DNA of 64,000 bases from a virus. The notes beneath the pieces are model-generated. The model saw only the letters and a program-made list of their open reading frames with translations. It ran no database searches and had not been told where the DNA came from. The translations under genes were made by a program, and so were the position numbers. The stretch lies in the IMG/VR virus record IMGVR_UViG_3300025141_000025, positions 96,001 to 160,000 of that record, one strand, 5' to 3'. Shown in pieces: positions 26,756 through 36,152 of this stretch (the first letter of the stretch is position 1; each line of letters starts with the position of its first letter).

Positions 26756-27838
26756 TTACTTACCCAGGTCGCGAGCCTTTCGAATCAAAGTGACAATATC
26801 CTGTCCGATTCGGGAGTGCAGGCACTTGATTGGCTGCATGTTCTTGGTTGCCATCACGGCATTCCAGAGGTGAACCATCTGCTCGTCCGGCAGGCACTTG
26901 GCAAAGGCGACGACGTTGTCAGCCTCCTCTTCGCTCCAGTCGTTATTACCAGCATGGTCCACAATCTTATCGAGGACAGCCAGCGACTCGGAAGCCTTGA
27001 GAGACTCAGCAGTATCAGTGTCAACAGACCCGGACAGGACGTCCTGGACTGAAATCTGCTTTTCGTACTTGGCGATGAACTCCACGAAGGAGATGGCAGC
27101 CTCAGTACCGACAAAGCCCTGTGCCAGAGCGTACACACCATCCTGACGTGTTCCCGCCAGCGAGCTAGGCGCCCAACCCATATGTTGGAGACTGGTGTCC
27201 AACCGGTGCCAAGAGGCAGGGTTAGGAGCAACAGTGCCAGGCTCTACCGAGCCGACGTCCACACGGAGGTGGGCAGGATTCTGACGAATAAAGTCGATGG
27301 TGACCGAATCAACGGCGTTGTTCTTGGCCCATCCAATCCAATCCTCATTGGTAGGATCGAGGTCAACAGTCCAGAAACGCCGGAGCAGAGCCGGGTCCAT
27401 ATCGTTGACATCGTACTCGGCACCATGGTTGACAGCAGCGAAGATACGCGTCTCGGGGTGAAGCTCCATGGGGTTACCAGCAGCATCATTACCCAGCGAG
27501 CGATCCAGGACGACCTGGAAGAAGGCCTGTTGGACCTGCGGCATGGAGCGGTTGAGCTCGTCCAGCATGATGACCACCGGCTCGCGGCAGCCACGAACGA
27601 ACCATGAGGGGAGCACGAAGGTAGCCACACCGGACTCCTTGCTCACCTCAAAATCGGGAATACCCGTCACCTTAGACTCGTCCATGGTTGACCCACGCAC
27701 GTCGATGAAAGGAAGCTTGAGCTCCTTAGCCGCTGCTGCAGCCAGGTGACTCTTACCCACACCGGTCGGTCCACGCATGAGGATCGCGATCTGCGGGGGA
27801 AGCTGTGTTGCCAGGTTTTTGAATGTCTTGATGTCCAT
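26756..27838 (-). CDS. MoxR-like AAA+ ATPase
   Basis: GPTGVGKS, LDELNR, AAVN, MDPALLRRF. Confidence 0.9.
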   Translation of the reverse strand: MDIKTFKNLATQLPPQIAILMRGPTGVGKSHLAAAAAKELKLPFIDVRGSTMDESKVTGIPDFEVSKESGVATFVLPSWFVRGCREPVVIMLDELNRSMPQVQQAFFQVVLDRSLGNDAAGNPMELHPETRIFAAVNHGAEYDVNDMDPALLRRFWTVDLDPTNEDWIGWAKNNAVDSVTIDFIRQNPAHLRVDVGSVEPGTVAPNPASWHRLDTSLQHMGWAPSSLAGTRQDGVYALAQGFVGTEAAISFVEFIAKYEKQISVQDVLSGSVDTDTAESLKASESLAVLDKIVDHAGNNDWSEEEADNVVAFAKCLPDEQMVHLWNAVMATKNMQPIKCLHSRIGQDIVTLIRKARDLGK

Positions 27839-27895
27839 CTAAGCTCTCTCCTATTTCGGACGTTTTCTCTTATCCCCCCTCCCGGAGGACATTTA

Positions 27896-27929
27896 TATTA
27901 TACCACGTCTTGGGCTTCTTTACACAGAA
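27896..27929 (-). promoter_or_regulatory. early-type promoter
   Basis: GTGTAA-AGAAGCCCAAGACGTGG-TATAAT. Confidence 0.8.
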
Positions 27930-28000
27930 CGACTAACTTTTTTGAGAAGTAGCCTTCCAAATGTAAATAACGGCCGCAAGTCCTACAATTAATTCAAACA

Positions 28001-28390
28001 CTAGATCACCTCCAGGAGATCGCGCTTTATATATGTCTCTTCGCCTGTGACAGTACAGACGATTTTGGCCATACCAGGAGTCGGGTTGCCCCACCCCAGC
28101 CGGACCCTGCATCGTGCCCTTTCGACTTGGTACACTCTGTCACGATGAATAAGAACTCGCCTAGACTGGGGCGGGAGCTTTGTTTCACCGGCACTGGTCA
28201 TGCCTTTTGAAGCATCGGAGTCATACCACGCTGCTGTCTCTTCCGCGGTTGTAGGTCGGTGAGAAGCTACCGTTCCAGCCTCATCCATGGCGCTGTTTGT
28301 CCATGGATATTGCAGGCCGCCGCCTTGTTTTGTGGTAAAACACTTGTTGATATCAAGCCTGACGAGGCAACCTTTGGAAAGCTTTTTCAC
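28001..28390 (-). CDS. hypothetical protein
   Basis: Probable GTG start (VKKLSKG). Confidence 0.6.
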   Translation of the reverse strand: MKKLSKGCLVRLDINKCFTTKQGGGLQYPWTNSAMDEAGTVASHRPTTAEETAAWYDSDASKGMTSAGETKLPPQSRRVLIHRDRVYQVERARCRVRLGWGNPTPGMAKIVCTVTGEETYIKRDLLEVI

Positions 28391-28507
28391 TAACACACCT
28401 TTTCGCAAAAACGAACTGCAACACTTGCAATAAAAACCAGCCAGAACAGAACTTCAAATTTTGTTGTGGCTTCAAATTTCATCCGGTCCCCTCCCTGGGA
28501 ACATTAA

Positions 28508-28541
28508 TATTATACCACAGCGGGAGAAGACTTACACAGAA
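28508..28541 (-). promoter_or_regulatory. early-type promoter
   Basis: GTGTAA-GTCTTCTCCCGCTGTGG-TATAAT. Confidence 0.8.
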
Positions 28542-28551
28542 CTGCAGTTTA

Positions 28552-28800
28552 TTAGAACCCGGGTGGCAGGTTATCAGGCCATGGACCGCCGGGCTCTGAC
28601 AGGGTTGTGGCCTTACGGGGCTCATTGTACGTATACATGTGCGCGGCATGAATGCCAGGAATCATTGCGATAATCTCGGCCTTGGGCAGTTTTTCCTGCG
28701 CAACCCCATGGGCACGTTCAGCGCCATCAGGTGCCTCGATAATACATGCAGCAACGCCGCCGGATCCCTTGAATACACAGGTAAAGGGTCGCTTAAACAT
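28552..28800 (-). CDS. hypothetical protein
   Basis: 82 aa; SD AGGAG. Confidence 0.65.
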   Translation of the reverse strand: MFKRPFTCVFKGSGGVAACIIEAPDGAERAHGVAQEKLPKAEIIAMIPGIHAAHMYTYNEPRKATTLSEPGGPWPDNLPPGF

Positions 28801-29023
28801 CGTGTTCTCCTTTTGAACAATTGGAAATCAAAATTGGTAGTCTTCGTAAGCTATTGTAATCATTGAACATTATTGTCTTTACGTTGGTATCTCTAATTTC
28901 TTTCATTTCGCCATTTTCCATTACGACAAAATTTCTACCTACCGTGGTCTCATGAATCTCTAAAACCAACAATATCCTGTCAGCTATTCGCCACAATTCA
29001 CCGGGTAGGGGATCCCAAAACAT
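28793..29023 (-). CDS. hypothetical SH3-like protein
   Basis: PGELW...LLVLE. Confidence 0.55.
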   Translation of the reverse strand: MFWDPLPGELWRIADRILLVLEIHETTVGRNFVVMENGEMKEIRDTNVKTIMFNDYNSLRRLPILISNCSKGEHDV

Positions 29024-29037
29024 GTATTTTGATCTTG

Positions 29038-29280
29038 TTAAGCCAATATCTGCAATCTGCCTATTCTGTAAAATTCCAGCAGCATTATCTGCGACAACAC
29101 CATGATCGAACCATTAGATCGCAGCAGCTCATAATTCCAATGATTTCCATCTGAATACGAACGTCGGACATCAACAATTGTGACCGCCTCACCGGTATCT
29201 TCCAATTCAAAGTCATCGGCGCCCACCCACAGGACTTGACCTGAATCAAAGGCAGGTGAGTCTTTTTCTTCTTCGTTCAA
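29038..29280 (-). CDS. hypothetical protein
   Basis: 80-aa ORF in an operon. Confidence 0.55.
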   Translation of the reverse strand: MNEEEKDSPAFDSGQVLWVGADDFELEDTGEAVTIVDVRRSYSDGNHWNYELLRSNGSIMVLSQIMLLEFYRIGRLQILA

Positions 29281-29286
29281 CTATAA

Positions 29287-30522
29287 TCACTCCCCTGCCG
29301 GCCACTTCATTCTAGCGACTGAATCCAGCTTGTCAGGGGAGAACAACAGCTTGGTGCCGGGAACCAACATCCAACACCGCTTCAACTTGGACGGCTTGGG
29401 CTTGGCTGCCTCACCATCTGTGATGATAATGTAACCGTCAAATCGATGCCTGTTCTTGTTGGCATGTTCGGTGACACAACCGAAATCGGTACCACCACAG
29501 CGTGTTCGACCGGTCTCAGGCGTACGATTCTTCTTCCACGCAGTCTCAGACTTTTCGTCAACCTCCGTGTCGAAGTGGAATGTAACGAACTCAGTCCGCC
29601 GCGACAGGTTACGAAGCTCACCAAAGGCCAGCTCCAACTCCTTGTTTCCAACCGAACCGCTCTGGTCAATGTAGACAGCGATTGAGCTGGTGTATCCTCG
29701 TTTGGCGCCGGTTGCCAAAGGCCCGTGCTCCGGGTGCATGTGAACCACGTTGACATTGGACCAGGTCGTTGTCCGAGTGCCACGCTTTGAGAATCCACAA
29801 AACTGCTTAAGGATGGCGCGCCAGTCCACTTCGGTGCTCACCATTTCGCGCAGTTTAGAGCGCATGTCACCACCAATGGAACCCCACTTACCGGTGCGAT
29901 CGGCTTCTTTCACAGCTTCCTTGACCGCCTCACGGATCTTGCCCTTGACGAGCTCCTTCTCTTCATCGGTCATTTCTCCCCAACCACCATGGTCGTCGAA
30001 GCCGTTACCCTCACCCTCTGCTTGTTCCTTGGCTTCCTCGTCCTGCATGATCTTGGTGAAGTACCACTCTTGGGACTTGTGCTTGGGAAGCGAAGCAATC
30101 AGCTTAGCCAGCGGGCTGTCGGCATTAGGAGACTCCGGGTCGATTTCCTTACCCGGGACCAGGCCACCCTCAGGCAACTCGTTCTCCGGAATGTCTGAAT
30201 TGATCGCCAGGTCAGCTGCGATGTTTGCGACATTGTGAGGCTCGAGTTTTCGCGAAGTGCAGTGCTCAAACGCCAGGTGAAAACACTCGTGCTTAAGCAG
30301 GCCCTTGATGTGATTGTCTTCAAGCGCGCTGATGAAATCCGGATTAATCAACATGTGAACGTCCGCTTCCTTCACCATCACACCGGCGGTCGGAATCTGT
30401 TCACCGAACTCGATGTTGATTCCGCGCAGGATACGGGCGAAGAAGGGCTCGTCAAACATCATCCGCAACAGGTGCGGGCTGAGCTCTTTCTTCGTTGAAA
30501 TTTTTCGGACAGCTTCGGTCAT
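29287..30522 (-). CDS. metallopeptidase-like + vWA domain protein (DUF2201-like), MoxR partner
   Basis: PTAGV, HECFH (HExxH), NIAADLAIN, YIDQSGSV, GGTDF, IITDG. Confidence 0.85.
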   Translation of the reverse strand: MTEAVRKISTKKELSPHLLRMMFDEPFFARILRGINIEFGEQIPTAGVMVKEADVHMLINPDFISALEDNHIKGLLKHECFHLAFEHCTSRKLEPHNVANIAADLAINSDIPENELPEGGLVPGKEIDPESPNADSPLAKLIASLPKHKSQEWYFTKIMQDEEAKEQAEGEGNGFDDHGGWGEMTDEEKELVKGKIREAVKEAVKEADRTGKWGSIGGDMRSKLREMVSTEVDWRAILKQFCGFSKRGTRTTTWSNVNVVHMHPEHGPLATGAKRGYTSSIAVYIDQSGSVGNKELELAFGELRNLSRRTEFVTFHFDTEVDEKSETAWKKNRTPETGRTRCGGTDFGCVTEHANKNRHRFDGYIIITDGEAAKPKPSKLKRCWMLVPGTKLLFSPDKLDSVARMKWPAGE

Positions 30523-30547
30523 TGGCTCCCCTCCCTGGGTTCACCTC

Positions 30548-30581
30548 TATTATACCACACCCGGGGGCGTCTTACACAAAA
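30548..30581 (-). promoter_or_regulatory. early-type promoter
   Basis: GTGTAA-GACGCCCCCGGGTGTGG-TATAAT. Confidence 0.8.
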
Positions 30582-30586
30582 CTGTC

Positions 30587-30621
30587 AAAAAAAAGAGGGG
30601 CCGGCATCACCCGAACCCCTC
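30587..30621 (-). terminator. intrinsic terminator
   Basis: GAGGGGTTCGG-GTGATG-CCGGCCCCTC followed by T8. Confidence 0.7.
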
Positions 30622-30646
30622 AAAACACTATTCACCCGAACCGAAG

Positions 30647-30886
30647 TTACGCGTTAATCACGTCGCTGGACTCGCTGGAATCGCTAAGCGACTCGTTCAA
30701 GAAGGACTGAAGCGCAGTCGCCTCCTTGATAGTCATCTGCAGCTGGGTCGTTCCAACCGAATACTGCTGTCCGCTAGCTGGAAGCGTCGCGATCGTGACG
30801 ACATTGCTGCCGGCCTTCTTGGCAGTGTTATTTCGGTAGCAACCGAACTCGAATCGACTAGTTGTCTTAGTGTTGTTGTAGCTCAT
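30647..30886 (-). CDS. hypothetical protein
   Basis: SD TAAGGAG; own promoter variant (TTGTAA-N17-TATAAT near 30946-30977) and terminator. Confidence 0.75.
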   Translation of the reverse strand: MSYNNTKTTSRFEFGCYRNNTAKKAGSNVVTIATLPASGQQYSVGTTQLQMTIKEATALQSFLNESLSDSSESSDVINA

Positions 30887-31116
30887 AGACGTATCTCCTT
30901 ATGTGTTGTTTCGTCTTTTTTTTGTCGCCCCTTTGGACGCACGTATATTATAGCTGAACGTGAGGGCATTTACAAAATTAATTCTTCTGCTTTTCGCGGG
31001 GGCTGGAGTCAAAAATTTTCCCATACTGGGCCCGGCAAACTGTACTAGTACTTCTCATGTACCGCTGCCATGTTTTTACAAAAATTCTTCTACTTTTAAC
31101 GGGGGAGAGAGGCATG

Positions 31117-31371
31117 TCAGCCGAGCCAGTCGTGGGTGGGGCGGCCAGGATTATCGGGAATTGCCTCCATCACAGCGTCAATCACCTGTGGGATCAGGCG
31201 AGCCGGTACGTGTACTTTCCATGACGGATTTTCCCAATTGGCCTTCAGCGAGCATCCGATAGAGACTACTGCCTCCGAACCCTCGCCGTAGGGGGCCTCC
31301 AAGAACTTGACGGTGATACCCGCGCGTTCCCTGTCTCCGTACATCACAACCCTAACGTCGTCTTCTGCCAT
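31117..31371 (-). CDS. hypothetical protein
   Basis: SD AGGAGG/GAGG; promoter upstream. Confidence 0.7.
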   Translation of the reverse strand: MAEDDVRVVMYGDRERAGITVKFLEAPYGEGSEAVVSIGCSLKANWENPSWKVHVPARLIPQVIDAVMEAIPDNPGRPTHDWLG

Positions 31372-31391
31372 GCCTCTCGTCCTCCTACCAA

Positions 31392-31424
31392 TATTATACC
31401 ACAGCCACCCGGGTTTTACACAGG
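31392..31424 (-). promoter_or_regulatory. early-type promoter
   Basis: GTGTAA-AACCCGGGTGGCTGTGG-TATAAT. Confidence 0.8.
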
Positions 31425-31922
31425 GAAAGTGGGTTACGAGGGCACATCTTTTTTTTCTTTATTTTGTGTACAAACGTCTAAGAAAGGGCCAAACCCCGTT
31501 ACCCCCTGTCACCGTCCCTGAGGACAGGTCAGCAGCTTCGTCCGGGTCCGAGCTCACCTGGGAAAGTGGGAAAGTGTGATCACATGTTACCCGTTTTTCC
31601 GTTTTACCGTTACCAGGGTGGGCAGGGCCGGGATCAGCTTCTCCCTGAGGAGTGTTGTCACCAGTGTGCGCTCTTCCCCTACTATCAGGTATCTCTCTCC
31701 CCTGTTCTCCCCTCTCTCCCTTTTCTGTTTTTACTACTTTATGATGTAGCGCCCGAGAGTTCCAATGGACATTTTGTCATTAGCGGGAGACAATAGTAAT
31801 CATACGCAGGCCTCTAGAACCATTCACACGTACATCCAGAGGGCCACGTGTTCTACTTGATTACGAACTATGATGAGGACTGTTTACTGGAACAAAAGAT
31901 CGACCAGGGATGCCCGTGCTCT

Positions 31923-32732
31923 TCATACAATTTTTCTTTGTGCGATCGAAGTTAGCATACCCATACAATCTTGATTTCGAACCCATACGGGAACTGCCGA
32001 TAACAAGAGTCGAAGCATTTCTTCGTAATCATGCTCTTGCATGTTGGTTCGATTTAGAGACATTTTCTGGACGTTCTTAATTTTGGGTAGCTGTGAGACC
32101 TTTGAAGATGCTACCATTCTCCACTGTTTCTCGCCGCGGCCCATGATCGCCATTCGATGGGGATCTTCCATTGCTTCCCTTACAAAGGGTCCGCAGAAAT
32201 TCACGTGAATGTCGGACGTTATCATATCATCTGACCATCTTCGAGATCGCCATGGAACGACCTCCATCATGCATACATGTTGCGACAAAAAGAGCCAGAC
32301 TTTCTCATCTTGCCACTGTAACTTTTCTTTAATGTCAGCGTGCAAATCTCGAAAAAGATCAGCATGCCACGTATCTTTATTCCTGTAATTTGGATGCAAG
32401 TGAGGATTGTGATACTCGTCGGAGCCGAATGTACAGTGGGCTGTTTTTTCAAATCTTTCGAAATGATCCGGTTCGGTTACAAGATCGAGTGTTTTGATAT
32501 CCCAGCTTGGATTCTTAAGTAAAAGCAAAACAGTCGCTTCAAAAGGATTTCCTGACCAGCATAAGGGTGGCAAAAGCTTTTGTGTATTTGGATGCCTATA
32601 CAGCAGTTCTAAATCGCTTCCATTTTTTCTATTCTTGACACGGATATTGTGCTCATGAATCAATTTTTCTTCTAATTGTGAAGTAAAAGATTGATCGCTT
32701 CCAATTTTTCTGTCATGGAACGGAAAAACCAA
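31923..32732 (-). CDS. hypothetical, possible uracil-DNA-glycosylase-superfamily fold
   Basis: PPLCWSGNPFEATVLLLLKNPS and MEVVPWRS resemble UDG-like motifs. Confidence 0.45.
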   Translation of the reverse strand: MVFPFHDRKIGSDQSFTSQLEEKLIHEHNIRVKNRKNGSDLELLYRHPNTQKLLPPLCWSGNPFEATVLLLLKNPSWDIKTLDLVTEPDHFERFEKTAHCTFGSDEYHNPHLHPNYRNKDTWHADLFRDLHADIKEKLQWQDEKVWLFLSQHVCMMEVVPWRSRRWSDDMITSDIHVNFCGPFVREAMEDPHRMAIMGRGEKQWRMVASSKVSQLPKIKNVQKMSLNRTNMQEHDYEEMLRLLLSAVPVWVRNQDCMGMLTSIAQRKIV

Positions 32733-32733
32733 C

Positions 32734-32940
32734 TTACTGCTCCGGTGTAATAAGATGATCAGGGTTTATTTCAATCGCTGCGAGGTACCTTTTAGAAGAA
32801 TCAATCCGAGACCCAGGATGAACAGATCTCCATGCCAAAGTATTCGGATCCCATGCCAGCATCATGTCATATCTAATCTGAATTGTCATTATCTTATGAA
32901 AGAAATATCCACATCCAAATCCTATTATGAAGTAAAGCAC
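32734..32940 (-). CDS. small membrane protein
   Basis: N-terminal hydrophobic helix. Confidence 0.55.
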   Translation of the reverse strand: MLYFIIGFGCGYFFHKIMTIQIRYDMMLAWDPNTLAWRSVHPGSRIDSSKRYLAAIEINPDHLITPEQ

Positions 32941-33168
32941 TTATTTTCCCTTTATTGAATTATCGATAAATGCTCTTATCGTTTGCGGCAAGATCACGTA
33001 AACTGCGCTCAGATACAACTCGTCCCATTTCATCATTCTTCATTGCATTTTTATACAAAAAAGCAGACAGGCACACACCACATCCAACTGCAATAGAAAC
33101 ATAAAACATAAAAACACCTCTTGGCTAGTTCAATTACATTATATGAACATTATCGGTAATTTTCACTA

Positions 33169-34263
33169 TTAGATTTCGTTGTGAAACATGTCATTAAAGG
33201 CAGCGAAATTTGGTAATTCATTAAAACCATGAACACCCGCAACGGCCAAGGCAGCACTTGAAACTAGTGAATTGCCGTCCTGTGGCGTAAACGCAAACCC
33301 GACAACATGTGTATTCTCGCCCGCGTGAAACACTGTGATGCTTGGCACACTAACAACGACTTGGTTGTAAATTCTTCCATAGAAGCCGTGATCCCTGCCA
33401 AAACTAAAAATTCTGTTTGCCGATTTATGCCGAGTCAGCGCAACCATTTTGTCGACAGTAAATTTCTCAATTACATCCTGCTTTGTCATAATTCCGCTAA
33501 CTTCGATATTGAATCTAATTGTATGCATGTACTGAGAATTTGTTTTCATTGCTGAGGATTTGACATTTTTAAAAATATCTCCGTGCACAGTTGTCAACAA
33601 GTCATGTACATCTCTCGCGTGATGTGTACCAAATTCAGCATCTCCATGCGATCCAGCGGTCGGTGATGGAACGAATCCGTTGTCCTGACTTGCATCATTT
33701 GCCCTTCTGATGCATACAAAATCGCCACTGACAAAACGTTCATAGCCACCATTTTCAGACAAAGCCTTACATAATCGTGAAATTGCATGTGTATTGCAAC
33801 TTACGACCTGAACATAATTTGTGTCATTGTTATCAAGTTCATTCACTGCCGAATCATTCAATAAAAATCCGTAAGGTGTTCCAAACCCTTTTTCGCTGCC
33901 TTGCGCAACGAATAACGCACCAGGCGAAATATTTTGATAAAATGCTTCTTTGTTTTGTAGTCCTGCCGGCGTACAGTCAATCACAACCTTGCAACTTTCT
34001 ATAGTTTTGGAAAAAGTTCCTGCAACTTCCAAGTCGATGGATTGAAAATCATCTTTTCTGTTTTCATCAACAATAAGTTTTGCGCCCTGGCCTAGAAGAC
34101 TTTTTACTTTTGGAATCTCATCTAACAAAGGTGTTCTTTTATGAAAATAAACATCACCCAAATCTAATTTTTCTTTTAATCGTGCCAACATTCCAATCAG
34201 CGGTTCGCCAATCGTTCCTGTTCCTACAACTAATACACCCTTTTTATCTTTAACATTACTCAT
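33169..34263 (-). CDS. archaeal-type (class II) glyceraldehyde-3-phosphate dehydrogenase-like protein
   Basis: VVGTGTIG, VIDCTPAG, AQGSEK, VQVVSCNTHAISR, IRRAND. Confidence 0.75.
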   Translation of the reverse strand: MSNVKDKKGVLVVGTGTIGEPLIGMLARLKEKLDLGDVYFHKRTPLLDEIPKVKSLLGQGAKLIVDENRKDDFQSIDLEVAGTFSKTIESCKVVIDCTPAGLQNKEAFYQNISPGALFVAQGSEKGFGTPYGFLLNDSAVNELDNNDTNYVQVVSCNTHAISRLCKALSENGGYERFVSGDFVCIRRANDASQDNGFVPSPTAGSHGDAEFGTHHARDVHDLLTTVHGDIFKNVKSSAMKTNSQYMHTIRFNIEVSGIMTKQDVIEKFTVDKMVALTRHKSANRIFSFGRDHGFYGRIYNQVVVSVPSITVFHAGENTHVVGFAFTPQDGNSLVSSAALAVAGVHGFNELPNFAAFNDMFHNEI

Positions 34264-34314
34264 GTGAACCTCACTTCATCTGCAAAAAATATAATTCTTC
34301 ATTGCAATTTGTAC

Positions 34315-34340
34315 AAAAAAACCCGCGTGAAAGCGGGTTT
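34315..34340 (-). terminator. intrinsic terminator
   Basis: AAACCCGC/GCGGGTTT hairpin plus T-run. Confidence 0.7.
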
Positions 34341-34366
34341 GAAAGCTTGTTAGTAAAGAACCAGTG

Positions 34367-34819
34367 TTATGTACGTTTTTTTCTAGTTCCAAAAACCCAG
34401 TCAAAAATCGGTGTTGTTACACCCCAATTTGCATTTTGGTTTTTTCCCATATGATGATCGTAATGCCATGGCAGCCATTTTTTACCCCACTCGACATCAA
34501 TGTGGCTCTTTCGATGCAGAAGATAATAAACAACAGCATGAAAGACTAAGCCAAGCCACAAATAAAAACTAAACAGCATGATGGGTGTGGTGGCAACTAC
34601 GGCTGAAATTAACAAAACAACCTCTGCTAATCCATTTTCCAAATCCGTAGGAGGAAAATTCAAATAATCATCGTCGAAGTTGTTATTTTTTCGACATTTT
34701 TTATGGTGCACGCTGAAGTGTGATTTTGAAAAAAGCCTATTTGGCACATTATGTAGCAAGTACTTATGCGCATTCCACTCAATAAAGATACCTAAAAAAA
34801 TTCCAATTAGGAAATCCAT
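34367..34819 (-). CDS. fatty acid hydroxylase/sterol desaturase family
   Basis: HKYLLH, HFSVHH, HRKSH, HYDHH, NWGVT, DWVFGT; TM helices. Confidence 0.85.
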   Translation of the reverse strand: MDFLIGIFLGIFIEWNAHKYLLHNVPNRLFSKSHFSVHHKKCRKNNNFDDDYLNFPPTDLENGLAEVVLLISAVVATTPIMLFSFYLWLGLVFHAVVYYLLHRKSHIDVEWGKKWLPWHYDHHMGKNQNANWGVTTPIFDWVFGTRKKRT

Positions 34820-35092
34820 GACACTCCCGAATCACTGCACCTATAAAAATATTCTCCAATCTTATCAAATTATTATTTGAGTTCAAAAAATTCTCAAATT
34901 CATAATTCACCAACAGCGTAGAGAAGGCAAGCAGTTTAAACTACTCACGCGCTGCATAATCTTGTCGATTCACGGCGAATCAAACCAAAATCAAATCACT
35001 TCGTACTAAAAATCGATGAAATTTTTCGTACATACAATAACTATTATGAAAAATCGGCACGAACCGGCTTTAAGTCATTTTAGTTGAAAATT

Positions 35093-35431
35093 TTACGAAT
35101 TTTTTCCAATGACCTTTTCCAACCACAGCTCGGCTGCCCCAACGCAATTTGAATCTGGCCATTTTCTTCCATCAAAAGCCCCGGAGTTGAGCGCCGTTTG
35201 CAAACGATCAGATAACAGCTTTGCGCTGTGGGCGATGTCGGCCAGCGTTTCAGCACCTGCCTCTGACATCCCAGGGGATGCTAAAATCGCTGACCAGTTT
35301 ACGACATCAAGGAGCTCTTCATTAATTTCCTGAACAAGCTTGGGAACTGGTGCATAAAAAGATTCATCACCGTATTCAATTGCCCCTGCTTTCAATCTAC
35401 ATAAACATTCATTATAAAATTTATTTGTCAT
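35093..35431 (-). CDS. hypothetical, MazG-like helical motif
   Basis: GAIEYG...EINEELLD. Confidence 0.5.
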   Translation of the reverse strand: MTNKFYNECLCRLKAGAIEYGDESFYAPVPKLVQEINEELLDVVNWSAILASPGMSEAGAETLADIAHSAKLLSDRLQTALNSGAFDGRKWPDSNCVGAAELWLEKVIGKNS

Positions 35432-35467
35432 TACTTTCCTTTCGATTGTTTATCTACTACATTGATC

Positions 35468-35647
35468 TTATGAAATAACTTCATAATTTTCAACCAGAGA
35501 TGTCCTTATTTTTCCACTCGACTCCATTACCTTGATCGCAGTATATGCCCGTTCAATAACAATTCCAACTTGATCAGAATAATCCTTTCGAGATCTAAGC
35601 TTCCACCACATTTCATACTTCATTTTAACAAGGTCACCGACTTTCAC
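35468..35647 (-). CDS. MKVGDLV KOW/SH3-like mini-protein
   Basis: VKVGDLV...GIVIE...YEVIS. Confidence 0.7.
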   Translation of the reverse strand: MKVGDLVKMKYEMWWKLRSRKDYSDQVGIVIERAYTAIKVMESSGKIRTSLVENYEVIS

Positions 35648-35719
35648 GAATTTCTCCAATGATACATAGAAAAATCCATATCAAAATTATCAATGCAGCC
35701 ATTTTACCAAGTGTCAAGA

Positions 35720-35908
35720 TTACCTCCCCATGACAAGGTCGATGGGTCCAAGATCTGAATCAGACACGGTGACGGTTTCACCACGTGTGAGAACATCATA
35801 CATTGTCCTCTTTTCATTTTCAAACTTATGAACAATAAGCCCGGGTAATAAAAAACGGGTCGTACCCGTTTCATGTAACCTCACTGTCACTAAATCTCCA
35901 ACATCCAT
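35720..35908 (-). CDS. MKVGDLV mini-protein
   Basis: MDVGDLV...GLIV. Confidence 0.7.
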   Translation of the reverse strand: MDVGDLVTVRLHETGTTRFLLPGLIVHKFENEKRTMYDVLTRGETVTVSDSDLGPIDLVMGR

Positions 35909-35921
35909 GCCAATAAATACA

Positions 35922-36152
35922 TCATACTATCTCCAATTCACACTCATGAAACCACTCTGGGTCATTTTGTAACTCCGGTAGCATTGCCAAGACAGCCATT
36001 CCGGTTGGGTTCATTTCCAACGTAATAGACTTATGACCTCGTGCCGGCTTGACCTCGAGAACTAAGCCTGGCGCATCGCAGTAACCTTGCGACCACACCA
36101 CCAAATCACCAACGTTAATCTGTTCTTTTCCCACCCAGTTACGAAATCCCAT
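35922..36152 (-). CDS. MKVGDLV-like mini-protein
   Basis: INVGDLV...GLVLE...LEIV. Confidence 0.7.
   Translation of the reverse strand: MGFRNWVGKEQINVGDLVVWSQGYCDAPGLVLEVKPARGHKSITLEMNPTGMAVLAMLPELQNDPEWFHECELEIV

Noticed and set aside
26330-31048. Many long plus-strand and alternate-frame ORFs in the GC-rich block
   Set aside because: They overlap well-supported minus-strand genes and are expected by chance at higher GC
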